DNA of 64,000 nt, taken from Bugula neritina. Taxonomy: Eukaryota; Animalia; Bryozoa. The stretch spans positions 22,849,319 through 22,913,318 of the forward strand of contig OZ037768.1 of the NCBI GenBank assembly GCA_964035545.1, in the 5' to 3' direction. Shown here piece by piece: positions 1 through 13,200 of this stretch; position 1 is the first letter of the stretch, and each line of letters begins with the position of its first letter. Position numbers and translations under genes: made by a program. The notes beneath the pieces were generated by a model that did not search any database, was not told where the DNA came from, and worked only from the letters and a program-made list of their open reading frames with translations.

Positions 1-1600
1 CCAGAGTTTATAAAAATAACACAAAGAGAGAACCTTACATATTATGACTATTACAACTAACTTATGCCTTGCCTTTATGCACTAGGAATGAACTACTGTT
101 GATAACGCAAGATGATTCATATTCATATATTATTTACATCAATATGTTTATCATCTGCCAGTTCTACTTACGATATTACCAAATAACAATGTTATAATAA
201 ACAATCAGATCACACAACACAACTACGACTTCACAATAACTAAACAAAATTCGTCTATAATACGCAGAAGATTATATAATACATGAGTTCTGTTACATAA
301 TATAAAGTCACACAGCAGAACAACCCAATAAAATATATCTAGACACATCTACTTTATGCTTATATATAAACTATTCACTCTACTCAAAGCCTTACTATTA
401 GAATTGTGAAAAATCAACACAAGAATGCAACAACCATGACTTCAAAGTTGCTACAGAACGTGTTTAAATACACTGCACCTGTTGAAATTGTTTTCAATTT
501 ACTTGTAATGTTTTTTAAAAAGTCACAGCTTGTAATGTCCAAGTACAAAACACATCTTAAATTTTTTTTTCAATTTTCAGCATATGAAATACCAGATGAG
601 AGCAATTGCTCATCATCAGCTTGCAACCCCTGATAAAGCAAACTAATAGCTTAAGTACAAGCAAAACACCAACTCTTTATATAATACAAGTGGGTTTTAA
701 ACAATGAACACTGACATTTATAGTTTTACAGCAGCAACCTAGAGTTGTAACTACAACATATATCAACATCAAAATTAAATAAGATAAAGGATTGATGATG
801 TAGCAACAAAAATTATAAAGTTTCTAAGTTCCTTGCCCAGACATATTGTACAATTTTTGGCTTTTAAAAGTAAAAATATATAGTCTATGAGATGAAATTA
901 CAGTAATTCAAATAGCTATGTAACGCAACAGCAATTACCAGCTATTGTAACAACACACGAAAGAGTTACACTAAGCATAATCTAGTTATTGTAATCTAGC
1001 AAGATAGAAGTTATACAGAAACGTGTAGTGATACATGAAACATTAGCATAACTACACAAAGTTATAAACTTTTCACGTTAATAGCTATTCATAGTTTTAA
1101 CATTACTATTAATTAGAAAAAATTTAACACCTAATCATTGATCAAACTCAAATTTTACACTTGTGATTAGAAAAAGATTAATTGTTTAATTGAATATCAT
1201 GTTGAATTACTAATGTCTGATAGCGATTTTGCTACATTTAGTCATAAGTGAACTTCTTTTTATAAAATTGGAGTTTAAAAATAATCATATTACTTATAGT
1301 TATACTCATGTCTTATAGTTATTTGATAAAAAATGTACTGTTAATGTTGGCAATTAAATATTCATATTTATATTACTATATTGTTATTAGGCTACTTTTA
1401 GTATAAGAAAACCATAATGTAATACTCATTACTCACACTGCAAAATTTAATGTAATTAGCAGTTAATTACTAAAAGTAGAAGTAAGTTAGAAAATGAAAC
1501 AAAATGAAAATGGTGACCATAATCATAATGATAACATTTGCCTTTGGTAAAACTAAAATTAAATGAGCAGACAATTAATAATTTTAAATAGATATAATAC

Positions 1601-1763
1601 CTGGCAATTCTTTGCACAAATAAAACGGTCCTTTCTGAACAATAGTGGGAGTTTTGCCTAAAGATATTGTAGTTTTCAAAGTGCCAGAGTAATCTTGGCG
1701 AGTCACTTGTGGAGATCTATTTCCCACAGGGCTATTTTTAAGCAACTGATCAAACGAAGCCAT
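1601..1763 (-). CDS. MED19: Mediator subunit 19, first coding exon (partial gene; the rest probably lies left of the window)
   Basis: Minus-strand ATG at 1763 translates MASFDQLLKNSPVGNRSPQVTRQDYSGTLKTTISLGKTPTIVQKGPFYLCKELP, then a phase-1 GT donor (G|gtatta). The RSP..RQD.SGTLKTTISLGK.P.IV..GPFYL.KE.P block is the characteristic invertebrate MED19 N-terminus as I recall it. An acceptor (cttatag) lies just upstream of the ATG. Not in the ORF track. Confidence 0.85.
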
Positions 1764-1929
1764 CGATTTTTAATATCACTATAAGAAAACTAAACAAATA
1801 TTTGATTGAATTTCAGTTTGTAATCGCAACATTCAATTTAATTCCATTAGTAAATAAATTTTTAAAAACTCAAATGACATAGTTTATCATCACATAAATA
1901 TAATTTTGTGATATGAGAAAATCTCGAAG

Positions 1930-2350
1930 TCCCAGTACTTACGAGTTAGGTACAAATGCTTTAAATAATTCAAAATTTTTAAGAAGCTAGTTATGCGCAT
2001 AGAATTCTACCTGCCGCCTGTAAAATTGTAGCTAAATGTGTAACCTAGCTGCGCTAAGCCTATAAAAAGTAAAAGTGTTTTCACATGTAAAAGTAATTTG
2101 TTAAACTTATTAATTTTGTTTATCATTATTTATTTATTTATTTTAAATTTTATTTTTCAAAATAGGATTTGTGATTTTAGAAATTTAATTTAAAAAGTAA
2201 TATGTACTTTGCGTGTGTACATTAAAAAATACCCTCCTCTAGGAACTCTGTACTACTGTAAACTGTAAACCAGTAAAGTGATTACATTTAATTTTATAGT
2301 GGATCTGATTATGCATCGGTGATTAAAATTAATAATTACCACGTAACTTG
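1930..2350. promoter_or_regulatory. Probable bidirectional promoter region between MED19 (-) and VPS50 (+)
   Basis: Head-to-head gene arrangement. Local CpG enrichment relative to the flanks. Candidate minus-strand non-coding-exon donor (actc|gtaagt at about 1939) and plus-strand donor (ccac|gtaact at about 2343). Transcription starts cannot be determined from sequence. Confidence 0.4.
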
Positions 2351-4276
2351 TTTATAGGTTAATAAAGGTATAGCCGTATATATAAATTGCAATTATTATT
2401 AGACTTACAATTAGTTAAATGGTAAAGGCTAAAGCTACTGTTTAATTTTAATTTACTTATTTAATATTTTTGTTAAATTTAATGTTATACTTATTTATTT
2501 TTACAGTTTTCATATAACTATAATTATAAAGTTAAGTGTAACTGTTACTTTTACGGGTTTAGGTTTAGATTGTAAAGTTGCTATTAATAATAGTACTGCT
2601 ACTACTACGTCTACCACTAATAATTATGATACTCATATTGATAATCATGTGATAATATTAATAATAAATAATAATTATAACAGACTGTAAATGTAATACT
2701 AACACTAAAAGTAAGTCTAATAGACTAATACTAATGCCAATAGGCAGTAATAATATTAGTATTACTATTACTAATAGTATTAGTATTACTTTTAGTTTTA
2801 GGCTTAGTACTACTACTACTACTACTACTACTATTGCAGTTGGTGTTACTATAACATGTACAAGTACTTCGAAACCAAATGCCAATGTGAATTGTCAAAC
2901 TCAGTTAATGCTGATGCTTGAAGTTGATATTCACAGACTCACAGTGATTACATTTAGTTTTACCGATACTCAAAACCAAACTCAATGTGATTAAATTTAA
3001 TTCAAATAGTCAATATGATCAAGTATATTCAGCATAAAGTATATGAAGACTAGATAAGCTTAAATATCGTTATGATTACGATTACAATAAAACAAATAAA
3101 ACCAAATTTATTTTAATTACTATAATCATTAAATAAACACAATGTTGGTACTCATGTGTTAGCTGATGGAGTGCGTGATTATGGTAATGATATGGTTCTC
3201 AGTTTCATAAGGCTTGGGTTTGAGTTCCAGCTATATCATTTCTGGCAAAAATTATTACCATTCAATGCAGGTCATCATCACTTGTCAAATTAAACTTAAG
3301 CCTCAGTCTAATATTTATTGCTTTAACCATGAATTTTGAGTTAAATACCAGAAACTCTTTCAAACTCAAATCTAAAAGTAAAGGCAGGTCTTTAAAAAAA
3401 GTTTAAAAATAGCCAGTAGTAATAGTGTGAACTAGGTATCAGTGAGAAGCTTTTAAATTTTAGTATTGAAGAGTACCAACAAATTTAATTGTTTTTTTTC
3501 ATTTTTGCTATTAAACTGTCAGCTAGTAATATTTTCTAAAGTTAAAATAACTATCAGTATTAAAAAATTAGTATACAATTACTCAACAATCAATATGTTA
3601 AACTAATCGAAATAGCAATGTATATTTCTTGTAACTACTATCCACTGTTATTGTTATTGTATTTTTATCATTATTGTTGTATTTTTTGTATTTATCAAAA
3701 GCAGTCTGTTACACATTAACTTTTAAATTTTTCTAAGGGTAGAAAGCGCTACAGTCTGCCACAATTCATCTGTAATGCTGAAGTACCACAGTGACTAATA
3801 TACTCACATTTATATGTTGACTCACTGAAGGAAACAGAATTAGACTTGGCATGAGAATGGACATAGCAGATCTGAAATAAAAAGAGGTATTTATTATAGC
3901 ATAAACTTAGGTGTGTATTAGTGTGTTGTTGTACCTGTGAGCGTGTGTGTGTTATGGTGAGTTGTAATTTAAAGTTGAAACAGAAAATATTGAAACATAA
4001 AATTATTCAAGATATTTTAGACAGCTATTTTAAAACTGACTAAATATATGCAAAATATTTATTATAATCATCATTATTTGCAAACAATATGTGTAGGGGT
4101 TTAGTTTGGAACTGTAAATGATATAAGAAATGAATAACGAGGTTATGGCAAAGTTGCAAAATAATGTTTCTGCTAGACAATAGATTTTTATCCTAGATAC
4201 TTTGCTGGGCTCTGCAATCATACAGAATGAATGTATAACTGTGACCTTCACCTTCTAGTCACTTTCTGAGCAGAGC

Positions 4277-7200
4277 ATGGATAATGTGAAGAAGAAGTTT
4301 CAATCCTTTGTCAAATCAAAGGTAAGACAAATCTTTGTCTAATATTGCCAGTTAATTATGGAGTTGTTTGCTCATTTCGCTAATCTAGTAAAACTTTCCT
4401 TGAATGTAAATATATGTACATGGCAATGCTCGTCAGTATTTGCTGTAAACTATTGTTGGATTAAAATATTTTCCAAATTAGAAGGTTTTTTAGAAGATAA
4501 ATTAAACCATCTAGTTTTTAGTGCATTAGTGTAATGTATAATGTATAATACATGTGATGAAAATTTGCAATGAAGAAGCATTTTACGTTTGCTAAACTAC
4601 AGAAAGCATTTTGATTTCTACTTCCTGTAAAATGTTTTAGTTTTATATTTTATTTATTGCATTTCAGGCTTCCACCACTAGTCTTGGCAGTGACCAAGAT
4701 ATAAATCACTCCTCCTTTGGGGGAGACGCTGTCATTGCTATTCACAAGTTCAAGGAGCACATAACAGAATCTCAAGACCCTCGGATAGACCAGGAGAATA
4801 TCGACAGCATAGAGAAGGTTTATTTCAACTCTGATGACAGTTTTGACTCCAGCGAGTATGAACTAAAGGCATGTAATAGTTCCTCTATCGGTGAAAACTC
4901 TAAGACGTAATATTTTCCTCACTCTGTTGAGAAGCAGTCTTTGGTTTGCTGTGAATTTAGATGAATAATTGTGTCACCTCATCAAAATAATGTTTAATTA
5001 CCTGACTTAAAACCCTTATCTATGCGACATGGTGATTGAGTTGTGTATTTATCAGGCAGCTTTTGTTCATATTCTACTTCACTAATATGTTTGGTCCCAA
5101 TATCTACCCTCAATACACTAGACTATTTCTTAAAGTGAGGCTTCGGACTACAAAACGCTAAAATGAATAAAAACAGGATTTTCGGCAGAGTACAACTGTT
5201 GTGTATAGCTCCCCTGCCTCTAAGTCTCACAATATAATATTTTGTTTGAAAGTTGTGTCACAGGAAATTTATTGAATTAATACGAAAGGTTGGTTTAAAA
5301 TGCAGTCTTTCCAAAATTTCATATTGTTTTCCAATTTCAATTAGAACATGTTTACGAGAAAATTCCATTTTGGTATGAGTAGGAATTTGAATTTCAGCTC
5401 ATGATTTTCTGATCCGTATTGTAATAGTTTATATATTTTAGAGTTTTTTTTAGAAAATAGAAAGTGGTGTACGCCAGGAGCAGATTGAAGTTCGGAGAGC
5501 CCTGTTGAAAAAACAGTTGAAATCGGTGAGCAAAGTCAACTTAATTTTTATCTAGTTAGAAAACTAAACCAATGTTTAGAGGGTCTTATCTTCATGACAA
5601 AAATTGAAGAGTTATTTTAAATTTACAGTAAGGTATAAAACTGTAAAAGCAAAGTCCCTGTTGTTTGGGTTCCAATACTTGCAATTAGTTGCCAAATACA
5701 CGTAATATATTGTATTGTCTCCTAACTCAACCCTTCTCTATCTGGAGTTGTATTACTGCAGGTTTCTAAGAGAGTGTCGGAGTTGATTCTAGAGAACCAC
5801 CCGGCGTATGCTACAGAGTTGAGGAGGGTCATGGAGCTGCAGGAGTCACTGAATGTGGCTCTGGATATCTGCACTGACAGCAGATCGTGAGTCTCATTGG
5901 TCACCTTTTCAGCCAATCATTGCCTAGGTCTTTGTCTATAGTTTAGCCAGTACTTTAGTGCTACTTGTTGATAATCTACACCATCTGTTAGCATGCTTGG
6001 TTAGGTAATAATGGAGAAGATGAAATACACTTTTAGTTGTAGGCTACTCTGAGCGCCCGACAAGGAGATTAAGTCGTGTCAAGCTGGTAGCACACAAATT
6101 TAGGGTTTCGTGCAGTTGGAAAATTCAATGAACCGTGACATGTAAACCACCAGGCATTGGTAACTCGTGTCAATGTTAAACAACCAGCTAAGCATTTCAC
6201 TTATTCACTAAATAATTTTTTCACAAGGGGAACTACAAGATTTTCATTGTTCTTGTGTGGTAGCTTTGTAACTGAAAAGGCAATTTCGAAATAGATATAA
6301 TTTTTTACCAAAGAGTATAGTGCTTGTGGTTTGTCAACGCCACTTACTGCATTTATCTCACCCTGCAGAGTGTAGAGAATGCAGCCGGGTAGGGACTACC
6401 CCTTAGATACAGTTTTCATTTTGTCATCACTCTTCTCTCTTCTCTTCTAGGTTTAGTCAGTAAATCCAGGCTTCAATATGGTTATTACATTTTATATCTT
6501 ATTAATGCAAAACCCTGCTTCTCAGTTGCATTATTTAATCAACATAAGTTATGTTATTTCAATCATATAGTAGTGCTGTGTTTTAAATATCTGGTAGTTG
6601 TCAATTGTTTTTTTCTTTAGAAAAAGGCTATATAGTCCAAGTACTTTTGTGTTTTTAAAATAAGTTAATTTAAAATTATTTCTGTTCATTTGTGTTTATT
6701 ATCAGTACAACGAAATTATTTCATGAGCGTTTCCACTCTGCCCTTCATTCACATCACATCAACCCTTTAAATTTGGTGAAACACAACATTTTGCTGCTAC
6801 ACAGTGTATGTACTCGCTATTCATGCCCATATTTCGTGGTTGACAAGTGCATAATATTGAGTTCTAGAAAATTTATATATTAAATAAAGTAATATATCAT
6901 AAATTTTATATTATGGTGTCTAACGGTGTCTATCAGAATAATAAACTATGTATATTGTAGTACTAGGTTATGTATATTGTAGTACTAGGTTATGTATATT
7001 GTAGTACTAGGTTATGTATATTGTAGTACTAGGTTATGTATATTGTAGTACTAGGTTATGTATATTGTAGTACTAGGTTATGTATATTGTAGTACTAGGT
7101 TATGTATATTGTAGTACTAGGTTATGTATATTGTAGTAGCAAATTACATATCATAACAATAAATGCTGTATATATTTATGTATATCTAATTTTCCAGCTC

Positions 7201-10200
7201 ACTTCAGAACTCTCGGAAAGAGTTCACTACTGCCAGTCTGCTGATGTTAGCCAATCACCGCAAGAGGCAGCAGCTACAGGGACTCATGCGCTCTCTCAGG
7301 ACTATAAAGACTTTACAGAGAACTGACGTGAGACTGAGAGAAATGCTTGAGGTACGTACTCTATATCAGCATTGAGCTCTACTCTGTATCAGCACTGAGC
7401 TCTACTCTATACCAGCACTGAGTTCTATTCTATACCAGCATTGAGCTCTACTCTGTATCAGCATTGAGCTCTACTCTGTATCAGCATTGAGCTCTACTCT
7501 GTATCAGCATTGAGCTCTACTCTGTATCAGCACTGAGCTCTACTCTATACCAGCACTGAGTTCTATTCTATACCAGCATTGAGCTCTACTCTGTATCAAC
7601 ACTGAGTTCTATTCTATACCAGCATTGAGCTCTACTCTGTATCAGCATTGAGATCTACTCTATACCAGCATTGAGCGCTACTCACTGCTGTGATATACTA
7701 ATGTCTATTAGTATAATTAGTGAATATAGCTGTAGAATTCATTGCAGAAAGGGTTTAATATTACTGGCTATTCTTTAAAGTTGCTTAGAGAAATGATTGA
7801 AAAGTTCTGCTTACTTCAAATGTTAGTGGGTGTCATTTGTTCATATAGCGTTGTTGATCTTATTTTAGGGTACTTTTTGCAACAGAAAAAGGCTGCTATT
7901 ATTTCCCTTGTAATACTTTATACTAAATGCTTCAATATCAACAATATTTATTGAGAGCAGCTCGAAGATTTGTAATGTAATGCTTTCCTGTATGTTATTA
8001 GAAGGAAGATTATGCTGGCGCCATTGAACTGGGCTTGGAGTGTCAGAAAGCTGCCACCATATTCCGCCACTACAAATGTATAAGGTATTACTTTAGTTGG
8101 CTTCAGCTGAAAGTGCTGTAGTGTTTAAATCTTGTGTCAAAGCATGATACAGTTGTAACTATTGCCAGTATACTTGTTGTGCGTGCCTCTACTATATTTT
8201 GGAATGTTTGTACATAGATTCTTATAGTGGACATCAGATTTTTAAACATTTAGTACTAATAGATTTGTGGACAACTTTTGGGAAAGTAGTTACCAGCAAA
8301 CTAGAGTGAAATATAAATTTGCATTGAATATAGTAATAATATCAAACACTCACATTTAGTATATCAAACACTTTCATTTAGCACATCAAACACTCATATT
8401 TAGCATCTTAAACATTCATATTTTAGGCACAATAGATGTGTAACATATTTTAAATCGACACTGGGCATATATTTCAGGGCTCTACATCACATTTTATTTG
8501 AATTAAACTAATGAAAATGTTACATAAACTTAAGTTTTAAATTTATGTAGGAAAGTTTTTTGAAAAACAAATACTAATGTGACTTCAGTTGTGTTCTCAG
8601 ATTGATTATTAATTCTATTTAATTTAATGAAACTTAGTAATAAGGAGTTGAATTAAAAGGAATTTTATCTTAATTGTGTATCACATGCCTAAAATCTATT
8701 TGTGTTAGTTGTCTGACCTTATGTATCACCATGGCAGTCACTGTTGAGTAAGGGGACATAACTCTCTGTATGTCGGTTGCTAAAATTGCTAGATGTCAAT
8801 TGCCTTCAAATTTACGGTCACTTTAAAAATTTTTATTTAAGCAACGAGCAATTTTTTAAAAAAAGAAGCAACTTGAAATTTTTCTTCTGCAAACTTTAAC
8901 CGTTGGAAAATTTCAAGTAGCTGATTCATTCAGAGTGATCGCAGAGCTGAGTGGGGAGACTCGCTCATCGTTCTACTTGCTATGTAAACAAATGAGAATT
9001 AATAATAGAACGGGACTTGTGCATCATATGATCAGTTTTTCTGCTGCCCGGTATTTGCACACAGTAGTGTGCTCAACTTCATAGATCTGCGAGATTCTTC
9101 AGCTGACATTGGAATGTCGCCCTTCTCTCAACAATGGTGAGCGTTGTGTATTTTATTTTGCAGTAAAACTTGAAACTGTGTTGTTTTCTTGTCCAGGTTG
9201 TGAATAAACTCCCTGGAATAAGTTATACTGTTTAATGTTAGCAGACCCGAGTATCTTTAGACTACTCAATAAATAAACAAATACAACAAATCAAGTTGTA
9301 AGTAAAACTGAAAGTAGATCTTATTGCTCTATTCAATTTTAAAATTTAGCATTTCTTTAGTAAAGCATTAAAAACCTCATCAAGTACAATGTTGAAAAGT
9401 TTTGAAATAAAGTTTATGCAACAGTATACAAAAAAGGAGTTGGTTTACAACTTTTCACTTCTACATTTTCATTACAGTCCTCTATTTTTTGTAATGCACT
9501 TAGCAAATTTTAAGCTTTCTAATTATGTAATGGAATATAATAGATGACATTTAAGTATTGAAACTTAAATTCTCATGTTATAGAACTCAATGATAAGAAA
9601 TCTGAAGAGTAAAAGTATTATGGGGAAGCGCGTCAGACTCGAGGCCAACAGTAATCAGGAAGTTAGACGAGACTTTTGTGATAAACTAGAAATGAATCTG
9701 AACTTAAAACCTTCATTTGACATCCAATCAAATTTTCTGCAAAAAGGTGAACAATTATTAAACAACGACTTTCAATTGCATAGAAAATTTAATTTTATGA
9801 AATATTTACTTAAATGACTGTTCAAAATGAGGTGATAGCTTATTTAAATGTTATGGGTATTATAATTATATTCTACAATAATTATTTTGAATTTCATTTA
9901 TTCCCCAATATATTTTTACAGAGCAAGTTGGTTATAGCAGAAATTCAGAATTAAAATATTCCAAGCTGCCGTCTAAGCATAGATCAAAATTTTCTCGGTC
10001 TCATAGAGAGCAACTTTACATTTCTAAATGTAAAACTTGTGGCTTTAAATTCAAGACTCACCAATCACACTTTTGCCAGGTATCAAGTAAGGAGGCAAGG
10101 TCTGTCTTGGAACATTTAAAGATGGTTCATTCTGGTCACACTGGACAAAGATCTGGGCTGAACTTTTCAAAAGCAAGAAATCCATTTATGAACTTACAAA

Positions 10201-13200
10201 GGAGTTTGAGTTCTAAAATATGTGGAACTTGTAAAAAAGATTTATCATTCATGTATACGACACGTCATGAATCAAGAAACAGTAGTAACGGAGAGCAAAC
10301 CTACCAACCTAAAACGAGCGAGGTTGATTGTTGTGCTAGTTTGAGTATACTGAAAGATCGCTGCTCCAAACATCCGTTCCTCTGCAGAGTTTGCGGCTCA
10401 GGATTCTCAAAGATGAATCAAATGATCTTTCACAAAATGAATCATTCTGACCTTGAACTTCTGCGATCACATCAGTTTTAATGACGCAAAGTCATTAAAA
10501 AAAATCATTAATTCAATAACTGTATTTGTGAACTTCTATTCTTGTAATTGTTGCCATGGACTTGTAAATTTTTTTCTTGTTTAAAGAATATAATTGGTAT
10601 AAGATACATGTTGAAATCCTAAGTTGTCTTCTAACCCTTTATCTGTATATAACATGCTTATCACAAATTTATATTCATTTCAGTCAACTTGGTGTAACAT
10701 ACAAAAACATGCAAAATAAAGTATGAGTATAAAAGAGTGTTGCTATGTTTTCTTTGTACAACAGTTTACTCATTTGTACCAAAAACATTATATTTGTAAT
10801 TTATTCAGCAATTTTCAAAATCAAATATTTACAGAGCAAGTAAAGCTCACCATGAGTTACGTAGCTCACTTAGTTTTGGTAGGATTTTTATTCGTGTACA
10901 CTCAATAAAGTTCTACAAAAATAGCTAAATCCAAATACTCAGTCTTGGCTGAACAAATGTTTTTGTTAAGAGTAATAATTTATGGACTAATTTTTGAAAG
11001 CATTTGCAGTATGTTAACAGTCTAGTGCTACTTTTTTGTAAATGTCAGGCATAGACTTCTCATCAATGGTATTTGTCTACTGTTGATTTTCTCTCAGTAA
11101 TTTTTATGAATATAATTAAAGTGGAACACAAGTTTGCATTTGGTAGTTACTAGACTAAGAAAGTAGCGTATTGTTTCAGTGAGCTGAACTCCAAGTTGCA
11201 AGATACACTAGAAATGATTGAAGAGCAGTTAGATATAGCCTTGTCCAAAACATGCAATAACTTTGATGAAAAACACTACTCCAAAGTGCAGCATGCGTAT
11301 CGCCTTTTGGGGAAAACGCAGGTGACTTTACATTGTTTAAGACGTATTTTCACATTTGCTTTGCCATATCAATTGCTTGTGTGGTTTTGATATTGACAAG
11401 GCAATTATGAGGAGAATATTATTGCTAGAGAGTTTATGTATCTTTTGAGTTGCAATTTGTGTTGCTAAGGTTATCAATTAGCTGTTTTCTGTACTTTTCT
11501 ATCAAAGACCGCCATGGACCAGTTGCACATGCACTTTGCCAGTACAATACACAACGTAGCATTCACTGTCGTGTTGGGGTATGCCGAACTCTGTTCCGGT
11601 ACAGGAGACGGTAGTTTCCAGAAGAAACAGTTTTCTGATCTATGCAAGGTATTCTCTCTGCTATCCTTTCACTGTAGAATTGTTATATTCAGTATGTATT
11701 CATTTGTATTTAATAATACCTTGGGGGTTCATGTTTTACTGTATAAAAGGCATCAACGTAATATTGTTTGCTGTCTTTTTATAAAAGTGTTTTTTGTTTA
11801 GAAAAGTTTACAACTTTTTACTATTAGATTTAGTAATTGTGATCTTAGTATTTTCTTTACACAGCTCTACAGGCTGTTATAAATCTTATACAATGCATAT
11901 TTTAAGTGCGAAATTTAAAATGTGTGTATAAATTGTCTTGCAGTTAGGTATAATTGTGTGTTTGTTTACAGTTGCTTAGCAACTTATAATTTATACCTTT
12001 ATCATTTGATTAGAACTGATGTCGCCTCTATTGAAGGGTTAACTTGAATTTAGATGATTTTGTTTAAAACCTTGTAGTTTAATTTTATATGTAAACCTAA
12101 AGTTTGCTAATAGTCACTGCATTATGATAGGGTCTCGGAGATATGGCAAGTATTTTCTAGTAGTTGTCTTTACTTTTTGCATTGTAACATGGCCATGGAA
12201 TATGTTTATATAATTATAGCGCAATGCTTTTATTCTCTGGCCGGTGTTACAATGTTACTAGGTGGCTCCTGATGTGATGGATAATATTGTGTTGTTTGAA
12301 AGATATTAATGAAAATATATTGACTCAAACAAATAATTTTTTTGTGATTCAAGAAAAAAGATTCACAAGAATGGGTTAAAAAAAATCTATCAAATGGCGC
12401 AATATTGTCCTAAAAGTTGTGGGCCAACTAAGTTTGAGAGTTTGGTTATGGGTTGAAGTATTTTATCGTTAATCATCTCATTGTCTTTTATTGCTGCTGT
12501 TTGTGTTATTCCAAGTTCATAAAATAAGATAATGTTTACTACCCATAATTCCTAGCCATACAGCTGTTACCGAGTTTTGTGTTTCCCCAAAGTTGATCTA
12601 CTCACCAATTGATGTCTAATAACTATTGTTATAACATTTCAATGCTGTCTGGTTATTGTGCATTGAGCTCTTCGTCAAGGTGTAAGGACTGGCTGCTTAC
12701 GCCTTCTGAAGCTTTTTTAAATTTTGTTGGTGGCATGAAAGCATAGCTTTTTAATAAAGCATTGATAGTACGCTCCTTGTTTAGAATACTGGTGTCTTAT
12801 GTGCTACATTCAATCAGCCAGTGACTTCTGTTTAGAGTTATCTGTCCTTACTCTCAGAATTTAGTTATAATATTAAAAGCTATAGTAAACTTGTACTGTA
12901 TCTTCTTGCTAAATAGTTTGTACAAATCTTGGAGTAGTCTTCTCTTGCTAGTGTCATGTAGAGACAATGCAGTTTTGAAATCAAGATACGAAAAGGGTTG
13001 TAACATGTAAATATATTGTAAACTGCAATACTATATGCTGATACAATGAAATTCTATATAGCAAAGTTGTTATTTATTATCGTAAGTATTATGCAGTATT
13101 TATGAGTTCTACATTGGCTTGGTTAAATGTTGAGGTTGACTAAATTTAATTTTTAAATATTGTATTTTCATGTTTTTATTTTTAGTATATACTAATAAAT

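Noticed and set aside
560-640. Possible small exon (plus: AYEIPDESNCSSSACNP*; minus: GLQADDEQLLSS)
   Set aside because: Has splice-like signals, but the phase is incompatible with MED19 exon 1 and there is no recognisable homology; cannot be supported.
6947-7683. Regular 22-23-bp repeats superficially like CRISPR arrays
   Set aside because: Head-to-tail units with no unique spacers, no cas genes, and a eukaryotic intron context.
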